The position numbers and the translations under genes are program-made. Under the pieces are notes generated by a model that ran no database searches, was not told where the DNA came from, and was given only the letters and a program-made list of their open reading frames with translations. From Candidatus Eiseniibacteriota bacterium (GTDB lineage: Bacteria > Eisenbacteria > RBG-16-71-46), in the NCBI GenBank assembly GCA_044222065.1, contig JBGAOA010000019.1, positions 1 through 61,571 on the forward strand: 61,571 nucleotides of DNA, given 5' to 3'. How positions within the stretch are numbered: position 1 is the stretch's first letter; each line of letters starts with the position of its first letter. This document shows, piece by piece, positions 40,398-51,571 of this stretch.

Positions 40398-41489
40398 GTG
40401 CGACTCCAGTACACGAAGTGGCAGGGGCCGAAGCCGGGCGACGACGAGTTCCAGAAGCAGCTCATGGAGATCTATCGCAACCTGCTGCTCCAGACCGGCG
40501 GCGACGCCGACGAAGCGCTGCGCTGGATGGAGCACTTCGGCGAGCAGTACGGCTTCTTCAACGACAAGTTCGGCATCGACGACTTCAAGAAGATGCTCGA
40601 GGAATCGGGCGAGGCCGAGCGCACGACGCAGGGCTTCCAGGTCACGCCGAAGGGCGAGAAGCGCATCCGCCGCGATTCGCTGAACGAGATCTTCAGCTCG
40701 CTCGCGGCCGGCGGCGCCGGCGATCACCGCACGCCGCAGGGCGGCAAGGGCGGCGAACGGCTGAGCGAGACGCGCGCGTACCAGTTCGGCGACGACCTCG
40801 CGAACCTCGATCCGCTCGGCTCGATCGGGAACGCCGTGAAGCGCGGCGGCGTGGACGACCTGTCGCTCACCGAGGACGACCTCGCCGTATTCGAGACCGA
40901 GCACCTGTCGGCGTGCGCGACCGTGCTCATGGTGGACGTGAGCCACTCGATGATCCTGTACGGCGAGGACCGCATCACGCCGGCGAAGAAGATCGCGCTC
41001 GCGCTCATGGAGCTGATCCGCACGCGCTACCCGAAGGACTCGCTCGACGTCGTGCTGTTCGGCGACGACGCGATGCAGGTGCCGGCGCGCGACCTCATGA
41101 AGATCCAGGCCGGCCCGTACCACACGAACACGCGTGCGGGGCTGCAGCTCGCGCGGCGCATCCTCGAATCGCGCAAGGGCGTGAACAAGCAGATCTTCAT
41201 GATCACCGACGGCAAGCCGTCGGCGATCCGCGAAGGCGGCCGTCTGTACAAGAACCCGTTCGGCCTCGACCCGAAGATCGTGAACAAGACGCTCGAAGAG
41301 GGCGCGTTCCTGCGGAAGAAGCGCATCACGCTCACGACCTTCATGCTCGCGACCGACGGCCCGCTGCTCGACTTCGTGCGCAAGCTCACCGAGATGAACC
41401 ACGGCCGCATCTACGAGACCGACCCCGGCAATCTCGGGGCCTACGTGTTCCGCGACTTCGTGCGCAACCGCCGGAAGCGGCTGCACTGA
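40398..41489 (+). CDS. VWA domain-containing protein
   Basis: MIDAS DVSHS, HTNT, ITDGKP. Confidence 0.9.
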   Translation: MRLQYTKWQGPKPGDDEFQKQLMEIYRNLLLQTGGDADEALRWMEHFGEQYGFFNDKFGIDDFKKMLEESGEAERTTQGFQVTPKGEKRIRRDSLNEIFSSLAAGGAGDHRTPQGGKGGERLSETRAYQFGDDLANLDPLGSIGNAVKRGGVDDLSLTEDDLAVFETEHLSACATVLMVDVSHSMILYGEDRITPAKKIALALMELIRTRYPKDSLDVVLFGDDAMQVPARDLMKIQAGPYHTNTRAGLQLARRILESRKGVNKQIFMITDGKPSAIREGGRLYKNPFGLDPKIVNKTLEEGAFLRKKRITLTTFMLATDGPLLDFVRKLTEMNHGRIYETDPGNLGAYVFRDFVRNRRKRLH

Positions 41490-41538
41490 GTCCCGCCGGC
41501 CGCCGTCGTTACGCCGAGCCGACCGCGCCCGCGCCCGC

Positions 41539-41568
41539 TTGAAATGCGCTTGTACTGCGTGTCAGAAT
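41539..41568 (+). promoter_or_regulatory. Sigma70-type promoter of the cytochrome gene
   Basis: TTGAAA-N18-CAGAAT with TG just upstream of -10. Confidence 0.4.
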
Positions 41569-41616
41569 AACGACAACGCCGACATCGCCGGGGCCTCGAC
41601 CCGAGGTACCCGTCCC

Positions 41617-42747
41617 ATGCACTCGCTGATTCGCGGCGCGGCCCGACTCGCCGTTCCGCTCCTCCTGCTGAGCTTCCTGTCGTTCACGGTCGACGCCTCG
41701 GCGCCGCTCGAGCGCGGTACCCCGAATCGCATTCATCGTTCGTCGGGCTCGGGCACTCGCGTGCTCGGCGCGTTCCCCGACGCCACTCCGGTCTTCCACA
41801 ATGGCGCGGACCTCGTCTGCTCGGACTGCCACGTCACGCACGCGTCGCGCTCGCACGCAGTGGACCCGGGAAGCACGCGACCGCTCAGCGGCACCGTGTA
41901 CACGGGCGGCGCGAACCCGAACCTTCTCATCGCCCCCGACCCGCTCGACCTGTGCCTCACCTGCCACGACGGCCAGACGTTCGCCCCCGACGTGGTCGGC
42001 AGCGACGCGGCCGGACTGACCCAGCGCTCGGCGGGCTTCTTCGCCGACCCCGAAGTCGAGAACCCGCGCGGTCACGATCTCGGCCGCGGCCTGATGCCCG
42101 CCGGGGGATGGGACTTCTGCATGCGGTGTCACTTCTCCTCGACGTTGCAGCTGAAGGTGACGTGTGTCGACTGTCACAACCCGCACGGAAACGGGGTCGC
42201 GCGCAACTTGCAGTGGGCGAGCGATCCGTCGGGCACGCCGGAACTCGGCCTGTTCACGAATCCCGCCGTCTCCGGACTGTCGCGCTACGAGTCGGCCAAC
42301 GTCTCGTTCGGAACGTTGGATGCGCCCGCGCTTCGCGAGCCGAGCAACATCTGCATCGACTGCCATCACGTCTTCAGCGGCGGCAACTACGTCGATCCGG
42401 ACGGCGACGGCATCCACAACCGGCATCCGGCTTACGACAGTGAGCGCGCCTCGACGAATCGCCTCGATCAGGGCGAGGCCAAAGGTTCCTCGGCCCCCGC
42501 GCACTGGAACGCCGGCACCGGCTCCGGATTCGGCGCGATTCCGCGCGTGCGGCCGATCGTGGCGAACGCGACGAGCTACGCGGCGGGTCGCGAAATCAAC
42601 GCGCACCAGAACGGCGTGTTCTGCCTGAGCTGTCACCGGGCCCACGGCTCGAACGAACCGTTCTCGCTCGTGTGGCCGGCGCCCACGTCCACGACGGACG
42701 GTCCCGGCTGCGACCAGTGCCACGACGTCATCGGATCGAATCCGTAG
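41617..42747 (+). CDS. Secreted 7-heme c-type cytochrome, OmcS-like
   Basis: Signal peptide; CSDCH, CLTCH, CMRCH, CVDCH, CIDCH, CLSCH, CDQCH. Confidence 0.9.
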   Translation: MHSLIRGAARLAVPLLLLSFLSFTVDASAPLERGTPNRIHRSSGSGTRVLGAFPDATPVFHNGADLVCSDCHVTHASRSHAVDPGSTRPLSGTVYTGGANPNLLIAPDPLDLCLTCHDGQTFAPDVVGSDAAGLTQRSAGFFADPEVENPRGHDLGRGLMPAGGWDFCMRCHFSSTLQLKVTCVDCHNPHGNGVARNLQWASDPSGTPELGLFTNPAVSGLSRYESANVSFGTLDAPALREPSNICIDCHHVFSGGNYVDPDGDGIHNRHPAYDSERASTNRLDQGEAKGSSAPAHWNAGTGSGFGAIPRVRPIVANATSYAAGREINAHQNGVFCLSCHRAHGSNEPFSLVWPAPTSTTDGPGCDQCHDVIGSNP

Positions 42748-42823
42748 ACGCGCCACGCTCGCCGATGCGGCGCGGGTGAGGAGCCCGGGCATCCTCACCG
42801 CGCCTCGTGCGCGCCGCCCATGC

Positions 42824-43723
42824 TCAGCGCGCGACGAACACCCGGCGCGTGACCGGACGGAAGCCCTCCTGCGTGACGCGCACCCAGAACGCGCCGGGCG
42901 CGAGCGCGAGCCCGTCGCCCGCGCGCACCGTGAACGCGCCCGCGCGGTTCATCGAGAGATCGCGGCGCGCGAGCCGCCGGCCGAGCACGTCGAACACCTC
43001 GAGCTGCGCGGGGCCCGCGCCGGGCAGTTCGACGACGAGGTCGAGCGACGGCCGTGCGGGGTTCCCGAGCGGACGGATCGCGAGCGCCGCGGGCCGCGCC
43101 CGGTCGAGGTCCGCGGGTGCGGGCTCGACGCGGCCATCCGTGCGCGCGAGCGCCGCCGTGATGCGGTCCACGTTCTCGACCCAGCGGCGCACGTACCACG
43201 AGCCGGGGTCTCCGCAGCCGTAGGCGCCGAGCACCGCCGCGTCGCCGCGCACGAGCGCGAACACCTGCCGCAGCGGCGACGCCTCGAGGACTTCGCCGCC
43301 GCGCGTCTCGATGCGGATCGCGAAGCGGTCCGCGATCACGAGCCGGTAATGGTCGGTGGAGTCGGGATGCTCGGGGTCGGCCGCCTCGTGCAGCCCCTGC
43401 GCGACGCAGTGGATCGCGACGGGCACGAGGTCCGCCGCGATCGGCTCGCCTTCGACCGGCACGTCGAATAGGTGCGCCGCGACGCGCAGTTCGCCCGCGA
43501 GGTCGAGTTCGACGACTTCGGTTCCGTTCTCGTCGGCGAGCCCCGTGAAGCGGTAGTCGCTCACGAAGCGCGAGCGGAACGCCGCGAACGAGCGTGAGTC
43601 GTAGGCGGCGGCGAGCGCGCGGACCGCGTCGGACGGACTCGAAGGCTCGGGCAGCGGAGCGGAGACGGGCAGGCCGAGCGAGAGCGAGAGCAGCGAGTGG
43701 GAGAGGAGCCGAATCGCGAACAT
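42824..43723 (-). CDS. Secreted protein (NTF2-like N-domain, inferred) with T9SS-like CTD
   Basis: GGAGG RBS, signal peptide; C-terminus GNPAR...EVFDVLGRRL...PGAFWVRV...RRVFVAR. Confidence 0.72.
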   Translation of the reverse strand: MFAIRLLSHSLLSLSLGLPVSAPLPEPSSPSDAVRALAAAYDSRSFAAFRSRFVSDYRFTGLADENGTEVVELDLAGELRVAAHLFDVPVEGEPIAADLVPVAIHCVAQGLHEAADPEHPDSTDHYRLVIADRFAIRIETRGGEVLEASPLRQVFALVRGDAAVLGAYGCGDPGSWYVRRWVENVDRITAALARTDGRVEPAPADLDRARPAALAIRPLGNPARPSLDLVVELPGAGPAQLEVFDVLGRRLARRDLSMNRAGAFTVRAGDGLALAPGAFWVRVTQEGFRPVTRRVFVAR

Positions 43724-43938
43724 GGTGACCTCCGGTGGCGGGCCGGTGATCACGAAGCCGGGAGGCGCGTGCGGGCGGAGGACGCTCGCTCGACTGCTCT
43801 CGAGGCGACTACGCCCGGAGCGTCGCGGCTATTCCGCGGGGCACGCGCTGGCGCACGAGCGCGAACGCGCTAGACTGCGCGCGCCGCCGCGCGAAGCACG
43901 CGCGCCCCACCACCCGCGCTCCCTTCCGTGGAGGTTCC

Positions 43939-44589
43939 ATGCTTCGAAGACTCGCACCCGTCGTGCTCGCGGCGCTCGTCGCCGCGCCGTTCCTCGCCAC
44001 CGCCGCCCGCGCCGAGATCTCGCTCGGCTTGAAGGGCGGCATCTGCGTCTCGCAGATCACTTCCGACGTGCTCGATCCCAAGTGGCGCACGGGCGCAGGC
44101 GGCGGCGTGTCGCTCGCGATCGGGCTGCTGCCGCAGCTCGAGTTCGCGCCGGAGCTGCTCTACGTGCGGAAGGGCGCGGAGCTGTTCGCGACCGACATCA
44201 CGATCGGCGGCATCACGTTCGGCGACATCCGCACGAACTTCGACCTCGACTACGTCGAGCTGCCGCTGCTGCTGCGCTTCAACCTCCTGCCGACGAGCCG
44301 CGCGCGGCTGATGCTCGAAGGCGGTCCGGTCGTGGCGCTCAAGACGGCCGAGAAGCTCACGACCTCGGGACTCGCGTCGCTGTCGCTGAGTTCGGACGAA
44401 ATCAAATCGAACGACTACGGGCTCATGCTCGGCGGCGGTGTCGGCCTGCCGCTCGGCACCGCGCGGCTCACGCTCGAGGGCCGCTACACGTTCGGCCTCG
44501 CCGACGTGAACGACCTGCCGTTCGGCGGCGAGCTCAAGAACTCGGACGCGCTGATCCTCGCCGGGCTGGAATTCCCGCTGACGAAGTAG
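43939..44589 (+). CDS. Outer-membrane 8-stranded beta-barrel (PorT/OMP_b-brl_2-like)
   Basis: Signal peptide; LGLKGG, PELLYVRKG, LDYVELPLLLRF, GGP, DYGLMLGGG, EGRYTFGL. Confidence 0.82.
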   Translation: MLRRLAPVVLAALVAAPFLATAARAEISLGLKGGICVSQITSDVLDPKWRTGAGGGVSLAIGLLPQLEFAPELLYVRKGAELFATDITIGGITFGDIRTNFDLDYVELPLLLRFNLLPTSRARLMLEGGPVVALKTAEKLTTSGLASLSLSSDEIKSNDYGLMLGGGVGLPLGTARLTLEGRYTFGLADVNDLPFGGELKNSDALILAGLEFPLTK

Positions 44590-44607
44590 CGCGAGAGCCG
44601 AATCCTC

Positions 44608-44637
44608 TTGAAACCGCGGCGGGGGCGGGCCTAGCGT
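44608..44637 (+). promoter_or_regulatory. Sigma70-type promoter
   Basis: TTGAAA-N18-TAGCGT upstream of the GGAGG RBS. Confidence 0.4.
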
Positions 44638-44666
44638 CCGCCCCGGTCCGGTCCTCGGGAGGATCC

Positions 44667-45884
44667 ATGCGATTCGCGGCTCGCCTCGTCACCTCCGCCG
44701 TCATCGCGCTGCCGCTCGGCGCTGGCGTCGTGCTGCCACCCGCTTCGGCCGTCGAGCGGCGCGAAATCGAGGACCTCCGGCCGTGGTTCCGCGCCGTCGA
44801 GGATCCTGCGCGCGCCGACTCGGCGTTCGCAGCGCTCGGAGACCTCGCACTGACGCTCGCGACTCCCGGTCGCCGGGCGTTCGCGCACTACCTGCGATTT
44901 CTCGCGGCGAGATCGCTGGAGCGGCCGGACACGATGCGCGCCGAAGCCGATTCCGCGATGGCGAACGCGCCCGACAATCCCACTCCGCTCATGGAGCTGG
45001 GCGAGTTCCTGCTGAGAAGGCGCATGAGGCTCGACGAGGCCCAGGCGGCGCTCGAGCGCGGGATCGGAGTGCGGTCGGACGCCGAGTTCGAGCGCATGCT
45101 GCCGCAACCGCTCACCTGGCTCGGGCGCGTGCGCGCGCTTCGCGGCGACGACGCGGGCGCGGTCACGGCGTTCCAGCGCGCGCTGCGCCATTACGACCAG
45201 GGCGACCCGCTGCTGTGCAGCCTGCTCGCCGCTTCGTACGCGCGCCTCGGGCGCCGCGACGACGCGATCGCCGAGTACGAACGCGCACTGTCGTTCTACC
45301 CGCCCGACACGACGATCGTCGCGGATTCGCGTGCGGAGCTCGAGGCGCTGCTCGCCGCGAGGGGCGACGCGAGGCCCGACGCGGAAGCGCGGCTCGCAAA
45401 GCTCACGGCCGATGCGCAAACCGCCGCGCTCGTCGAGCGCCGGCGCGACGAAAGGCCGGCGCCGCCGATCCGGCTCCATTCGCTCCGTGCGGGTCGCGTC
45501 GAAGCGCTCGACCTGTCGCACGGCACGACCGTGGTGGACTTCTGGGGCCTGTGGTGCCGCCCGTGCGTCGAGGCGATGCCCGGGCTGCAGAAGATCGCCG
45601 AGAAGTACGGCGCTCGCGGCGTACGGTTCGCCACGATTCACGTGGGTCCCGAGGGCGACGCGCGGGAGCGCCGGAGGATCCTCGAGTTCCTCGACGGCAA
45701 GGGTGTCTCGCTCGCGACGTTCGAAGCCGACAGCGCGACCGTGGCGAACTGGAACGTCGAGGCATACCCGACGACATTCGTCGTTCACGATGGACGCGTA
45801 CGCTTCCGCAACACGGAATTCAGCGAAGCGTCACTCGAGGCCCAGATCGCCGACCTCCGCCGCCGCGCGGGGTCCCGCCGCTGA
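44667..45884 (+). CDS. Secreted TPR + TlpA/ResA-like thioredoxin protein
   Basis: Signal peptide, TPR helices, VVDFWGLWCRPC, VEAYPTTFV. Confidence 0.82.
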   Translation: MRFAARLVTSAVIALPLGAGVVLPPASAVERREIEDLRPWFRAVEDPARADSAFAALGDLALTLATPGRRAFAHYLRFLAARSLERPDTMRAEADSAMANAPDNPTPLMELGEFLLRRRMRLDEAQAALERGIGVRSDAEFERMLPQPLTWLGRVRALRGDDAGAVTAFQRALRHYDQGDPLLCSLLAASYARLGRRDDAIAEYERALSFYPPDTTIVADSRAELEALLAARGDARPDAEARLAKLTADAQTAALVERRRDERPAPPIRLHSLRAGRVEALDLSHGTTVVDFWGLWCRPCVEAMPGLQKIAEKYGARGVRFATIHVGPEGDARERRRILEFLDGKGVSLATFEADSATVANWNVEAYPTTFVVHDGRVRFRNTEFSEASLEAQIADLRRRAGSRR

Positions 45885-45993
45885 AGCGCGCGGACCCGCC
45901 CTCCGGAGCATCTCCGGTCGCCGCGCGCGGGGCCCTCGGGTAGAGTCCGCGCACGCTTTCGGTTTTCGCACGACCTGCCCCGGAGATCGCCGC

Positions 45994-48267
<2,274 letters not shown>

Positions 48268-48307
48268 TCGCGCCGCGTGGTGCCGTGCGCGCGATCGGGG
48301 AGTACGC

Positions 48308-48790
48308 ATGAGTGACCAGGCGTTCGTCGACGGACTGCTCGCGATGATGCGCGAGGCCGTGGAGGGCGGGAAGCCGGGGGAGGGGACCGGCTTCATGGAG
48401 AACACGAAGGCCGACGGCAGCGGCAATCACGGCCTGCTGCCGACGATGGCTTCGCTCACGGCCGCGCAGGCCTCGGCGCCGACGGCGCTCGGCACGAGCG
48501 TCGCGGCGCACTGCGCGCACGTCGCCTATCACCTGGAGGTGACGGTGCGGTGGGTGAACGGCGACCGCGGACCGTTCGACTGGAAGGGCAGCTTCGAGCC
48601 GCGCCTCGTGAACGACGCCGAGTGGAAGGACCGGCAGGCGCGCGTGCGCGCGGCCTACGAGGGCGTCGTTGCGCTCGCGCGCTCGACGCCCGAGTGGAAC
48701 GACGACGCGGCCGGCGGCATCGCCGCGACGCTCGCGCACCTCGCGTACCACGTCGGTGCGGTCCGACAGATCGTCAAGCTCGCCGTCTGA
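48308..48790 (+). CDS. DinB-like protein
   Basis: SVAAHCAHV and HLAYHVGAVRQ helical-bundle His motifs. Confidence 0.75.
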   Translation: MSDQAFVDGLLAMMREAVEGGKPGEGTGFMENTKADGSGNHGLLPTMASLTAAQASAPTALGTSVAAHCAHVAYHLEVTVRWVNGDRGPFDWKGSFEPRLVNDAEWKDRQARVRAAYEGVVALARSTPEWNDDAAGGIAATLAHLAYHVGAVRQIVKLAV

Positions 48791-48802
48791 AACCGGTGAA
48801 AA

Positions 48803-48836
48803 GCGCGGCCGGGACGCTCGCGCGCTCCGGCCGCGC
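48803..48836 (+). terminator. Hairpin after the DinB-like gene
   Basis: GCGCGGCCGG...CCGGCCGCGC followed by GAATTT. Confidence 0.45.
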
Positions 48837-48963
48837 GAATTTTCCGTGGCCGGCCTCCGGCGCGTGCGCTTAGACTTCACGCGGGCCTGATTCCCCCCAG
48901 TCCCCGCGGAATCCTTCGCCGTCTCGCTCCGACGAACCCGCGACGCCCTTCCTCGGAGGCGTC

Positions 48964-50499
48964 ATGCGCGTGCTGTTCGTTTTCCCGGACCTGTCGTCCA
49001 CGGTCACGGGGTACACGGGCGTCGTCCACAACGGCGTCGCGCTGCTGTCCGCGTCGCTGAAGCAGGCCGGTCACGCGACCGCGCTCCTTCACCTCACGCA
49101 CGAGCCCGACGAAGAGGACTTCCGCGCGCGCGTGCGCGCCGCGAAGCCCGACCTCGTCGCGTTCACGGCGATCAGCAACTACGCGCAGCGGCTGCGCCGC
49201 TGGACGACGTGGGCGCACGAGGCGAGCGGCGCGCCGATCGCGGTCGGCGGCGTCCACGCCACGTACGCCACCGAGGAGGTCGCTGCGCATCCGCACGTGC
49301 ACTTCACGTGCGTCGGCGAGGGCGAGCAGGCGCTGCTCGAGCTGTGCGAAGCGCTCGAGCGCGGTCGCGACCCCGGCTCGATCCCGAACCTGTGGGTGCG
49401 CCGCGGCGACACGATCGTCCGCAACCCGATGCGCACGATCGTGGACGACCTCGACACGCTCCCCGACCCCGACTACGAGCTGTTCGACGTGCCGGCGCTC
49501 TACAACTCGCGCGCGGGCGTGTTCGGGTTCCTCATGTCGCGCGGCTGCGCGTTCAAGTGCACGTACTGCGCGGCGCACACGCTCCGCAAGCTCGCTCCGC
49601 GCGAAGGGAAGTTCTGGTGCTTCCTCACGCCGCGCCGCGCGGTCGACCAGCTGCGCGGGCTGATCGACCGGACGCTGCCGCAGACGAAGCTCGTGAGCTT
49701 CAACGACGCGATCTTCTTCCCGACGAAGGACTGGCTCCGCGAGTTCGCGACGCTCTATCGCGAGCGCGTCGGACTGCCGGTCTCGTGCAACATGCGCGCG
49801 GACATGGTGGACGAAGAAAGCGCCGCGCTGCTCGCGTCCATCGGCACGAAGGTCGTGCGGCTCGGCGTCGAATCCGGAAACGAGCACCTGACGCGCGACG
49901 TGCTCAAGCGCCACCTCGGCGTCGAGGACCTGCGCCGCGGCTACCGGATCCTGCGCGAGGCGGGCATCGAGCGCTGGTCGTACAACATCGTCGGCCTCCC
50001 GACCGAGACGCTGCCGATGGCGCTCGAGACCGTGAAGCTGAACGCCGAGATCGATCCCGAGCTGGCGCTCGCGTTCATCTTCTATCCGTACCCCGGCACC
50101 GAGCTGCACCGGCTCTCGCGCGAGCTCGGGTTCCTCACCGATCGCGAGTTCGACACGTACAAGGTCGGCGTCGCGCTCCGCCAGCCGCAGTTCGCGGACG
50201 GCGACGTGCTGTTCGTGCACCGCTACTTCGACCGCCTGATTCGCACCTATCGCGCTGCCCGCCGCATGCCCGGCCGGCTCGCCGCGCTCTCGACCGCGGC
50301 GCTCGACGCCGCGCTCACGAGCCCGCTGCTGCCGCGCGGCGGCATCGTGCGCGGCAGCGAGGCGTACCGCGAGCTGCGCCACGCGGTGGGCGAGTACCTG
50401 CACGGGCGCTCGCCCGCGCTCTACAAGATGCTCGGCGGCCGCGCGCCCGCGCCGGCGTCCTCGAGTTCGCGCGAGGGAGTGGCGCGCGCCAATGCCTGA
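48964..50499 (+). CDS. B12-binding domain radical SAM protein
   Basis: GGVHAT, GEGE, SRGCAFKCTYC, GVESG, GLPTET, PYPGT. Confidence 0.92.
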   Translation: MRVLFVFPDLSSTVTGYTGVVHNGVALLSASLKQAGHATALLHLTHEPDEEDFRARVRAAKPDLVAFTAISNYAQRLRRWTTWAHEASGAPIAVGGVHATYATEEVAAHPHVHFTCVGEGEQALLELCEALERGRDPGSIPNLWVRRGDTIVRNPMRTIVDDLDTLPDPDYELFDVPALYNSRAGVFGFLMSRGCAFKCTYCAAHTLRKLAPREGKFWCFLTPRRAVDQLRGLIDRTLPQTKLVSFNDAIFFPTKDWLREFATLYRERVGLPVSCNMRADMVDEESAALLASIGTKVVRLGVESGNEHLTRDVLKRHLGVEDLRRGYRILREAGIERWSYNIVGLPTETLPMALETVKLNAEIDPELALAFIFYPYPGTELHRLSRELGFLTDREFDTYKVGVALRQPQFADGDVLFVHRYFDRLIRTYRAARRMPGRLAALSTAALDAALTSPLLPRGGIVRGSEAYRELRHAVGEYLHGRSPALYKMLGGRAPAPASSSSREGVARANA

Positions 50500-51502
50500 A
50501 TTCGCGCGAGTGCGGCGCTCGCCGCTCGATCGCATCGCCGAGGCCGACTGGGCGCGTCTCGCGCGCGGCTCGTTCTTCGCCTCGCGCGGCTTCCTCGAAT
50601 TGTGGCGGGCGAAGCGCGGCCGGCCGGTCGCATGGACGCTCGAGGATGCGGGGCGCCTCGTCGCCGCCGTGCCCGGCGTGGAATACGGTTCGGGCCCGTT
50701 CGCGCGCTTCGCGTCGCTGCCCGACGGGTGCTACGGCGGCGTGCGCGTGGACGAGGCCGCGGCGCCGGAGCGCGCGCGATTCGCGGCGGAGTTGATGGGC
50801 GCGATCGCGGCTCGCGGCTACGCGAAGTCGTGCGTGTTCGACTTCGACGGCGCTGCGGGCCCGCGCGCGGGCTTCGTCGCCGAACGCGAGCAGACGCGGC
50901 TCGCCGACATCTCGGCGCCGGACTGGGCGCCGCCGGACGCGAAGCTGCGCTCGCAGATCCGCAAGGCGGAACGCGAGGGCATCGCCGTCGAGCGCTTCGA
51001 CTGGGATCGCCACCATCGTGGATTCCTCGCGCTCGTGGAGGGTTCGGCGCGTCATCACGGCCAGCGCCCGCGCTACCCGGCATCGCTCTACCGCTCGCTC
51101 GCGCGGCTCGCCGAGACCGACGATCGCATCCAGTGGCGCTACTGCGAGCACGACGGCCGGCCGGCCGCCTCGCACATCTACTTCGTGGAGCGCGACGCGC
51201 TGCTCGCGTGGCAGTCGCACTTCGACCGCGCGTTCTCGTTCCTCAAGCCCAACCAGTACGTCCGTTTCACGCTGTGCCGCGAGATGGCGGCGCGCGGCGT
51301 GCACTGGTTGAACCTCGGCTCGTCCCCCGCGCACGCCTCCGGCCTCGCGTACTACAAGGCGCGCTGGGGCGGGGCGCCCGTGCGCTACGTGAACTGGACG
51401 CGGTGGGAGGGGCTCGGCGCGCTCGCGCGCGCGCTCGTCGGCGCCCGCGGCGTCGCCCGCGCCGCGCGCGTCGCGGCGAACGGTTCGCTGCCGCGCGCGT
51501 AG
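50492..51502 (+). CDS. GNAT family, FemAB-like / Acetyltransf_6 protein
   Basis: RSQIRKAEREG, KPNQ, LNLGSS...GLAYYKARWG. Confidence 0.8.
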   Translation: MPEFARVRRSPLDRIAEADWARLARGSFFASRGFLELWRAKRGRPVAWTLEDAGRLVAAVPGVEYGSGPFARFASLPDGCYGGVRVDEAAAPERARFAAELMGAIAARGYAKSCVFDFDGAAGPRAGFVAEREQTRLADISAPDWAPPDAKLRSQIRKAEREGIAVERFDWDRHHRGFLALVEGSARHHGQRPRYPASLYRSLARLAETDDRIQWRYCEHDGRPAASHIYFVERDALLAWQSHFDRAFSFLKPNQYVRFTLCREMAARGVHWLNLGSSPAHASGLAYYKARWGGAPVRYVNWTRWEGLGALARALVGARGVARAARVAANGSLPRA

Positions 51503-51516
51503 GCTCCGAAACGACG

Positions 51517-51547
51517 CGGCGGCCGGAGCGTTGCGCTCCGGCCGCCG
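51517..51547. terminator. Perfect 14-bp hairpin between convergent genes
   Basis: CGGCGGCCGGAGCG-TTG-CGCTCCGGCCGCCG. Confidence 0.65.
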
Positions 51548-51571
51548 TCGTTCACACCGGACGGCGCGCGC

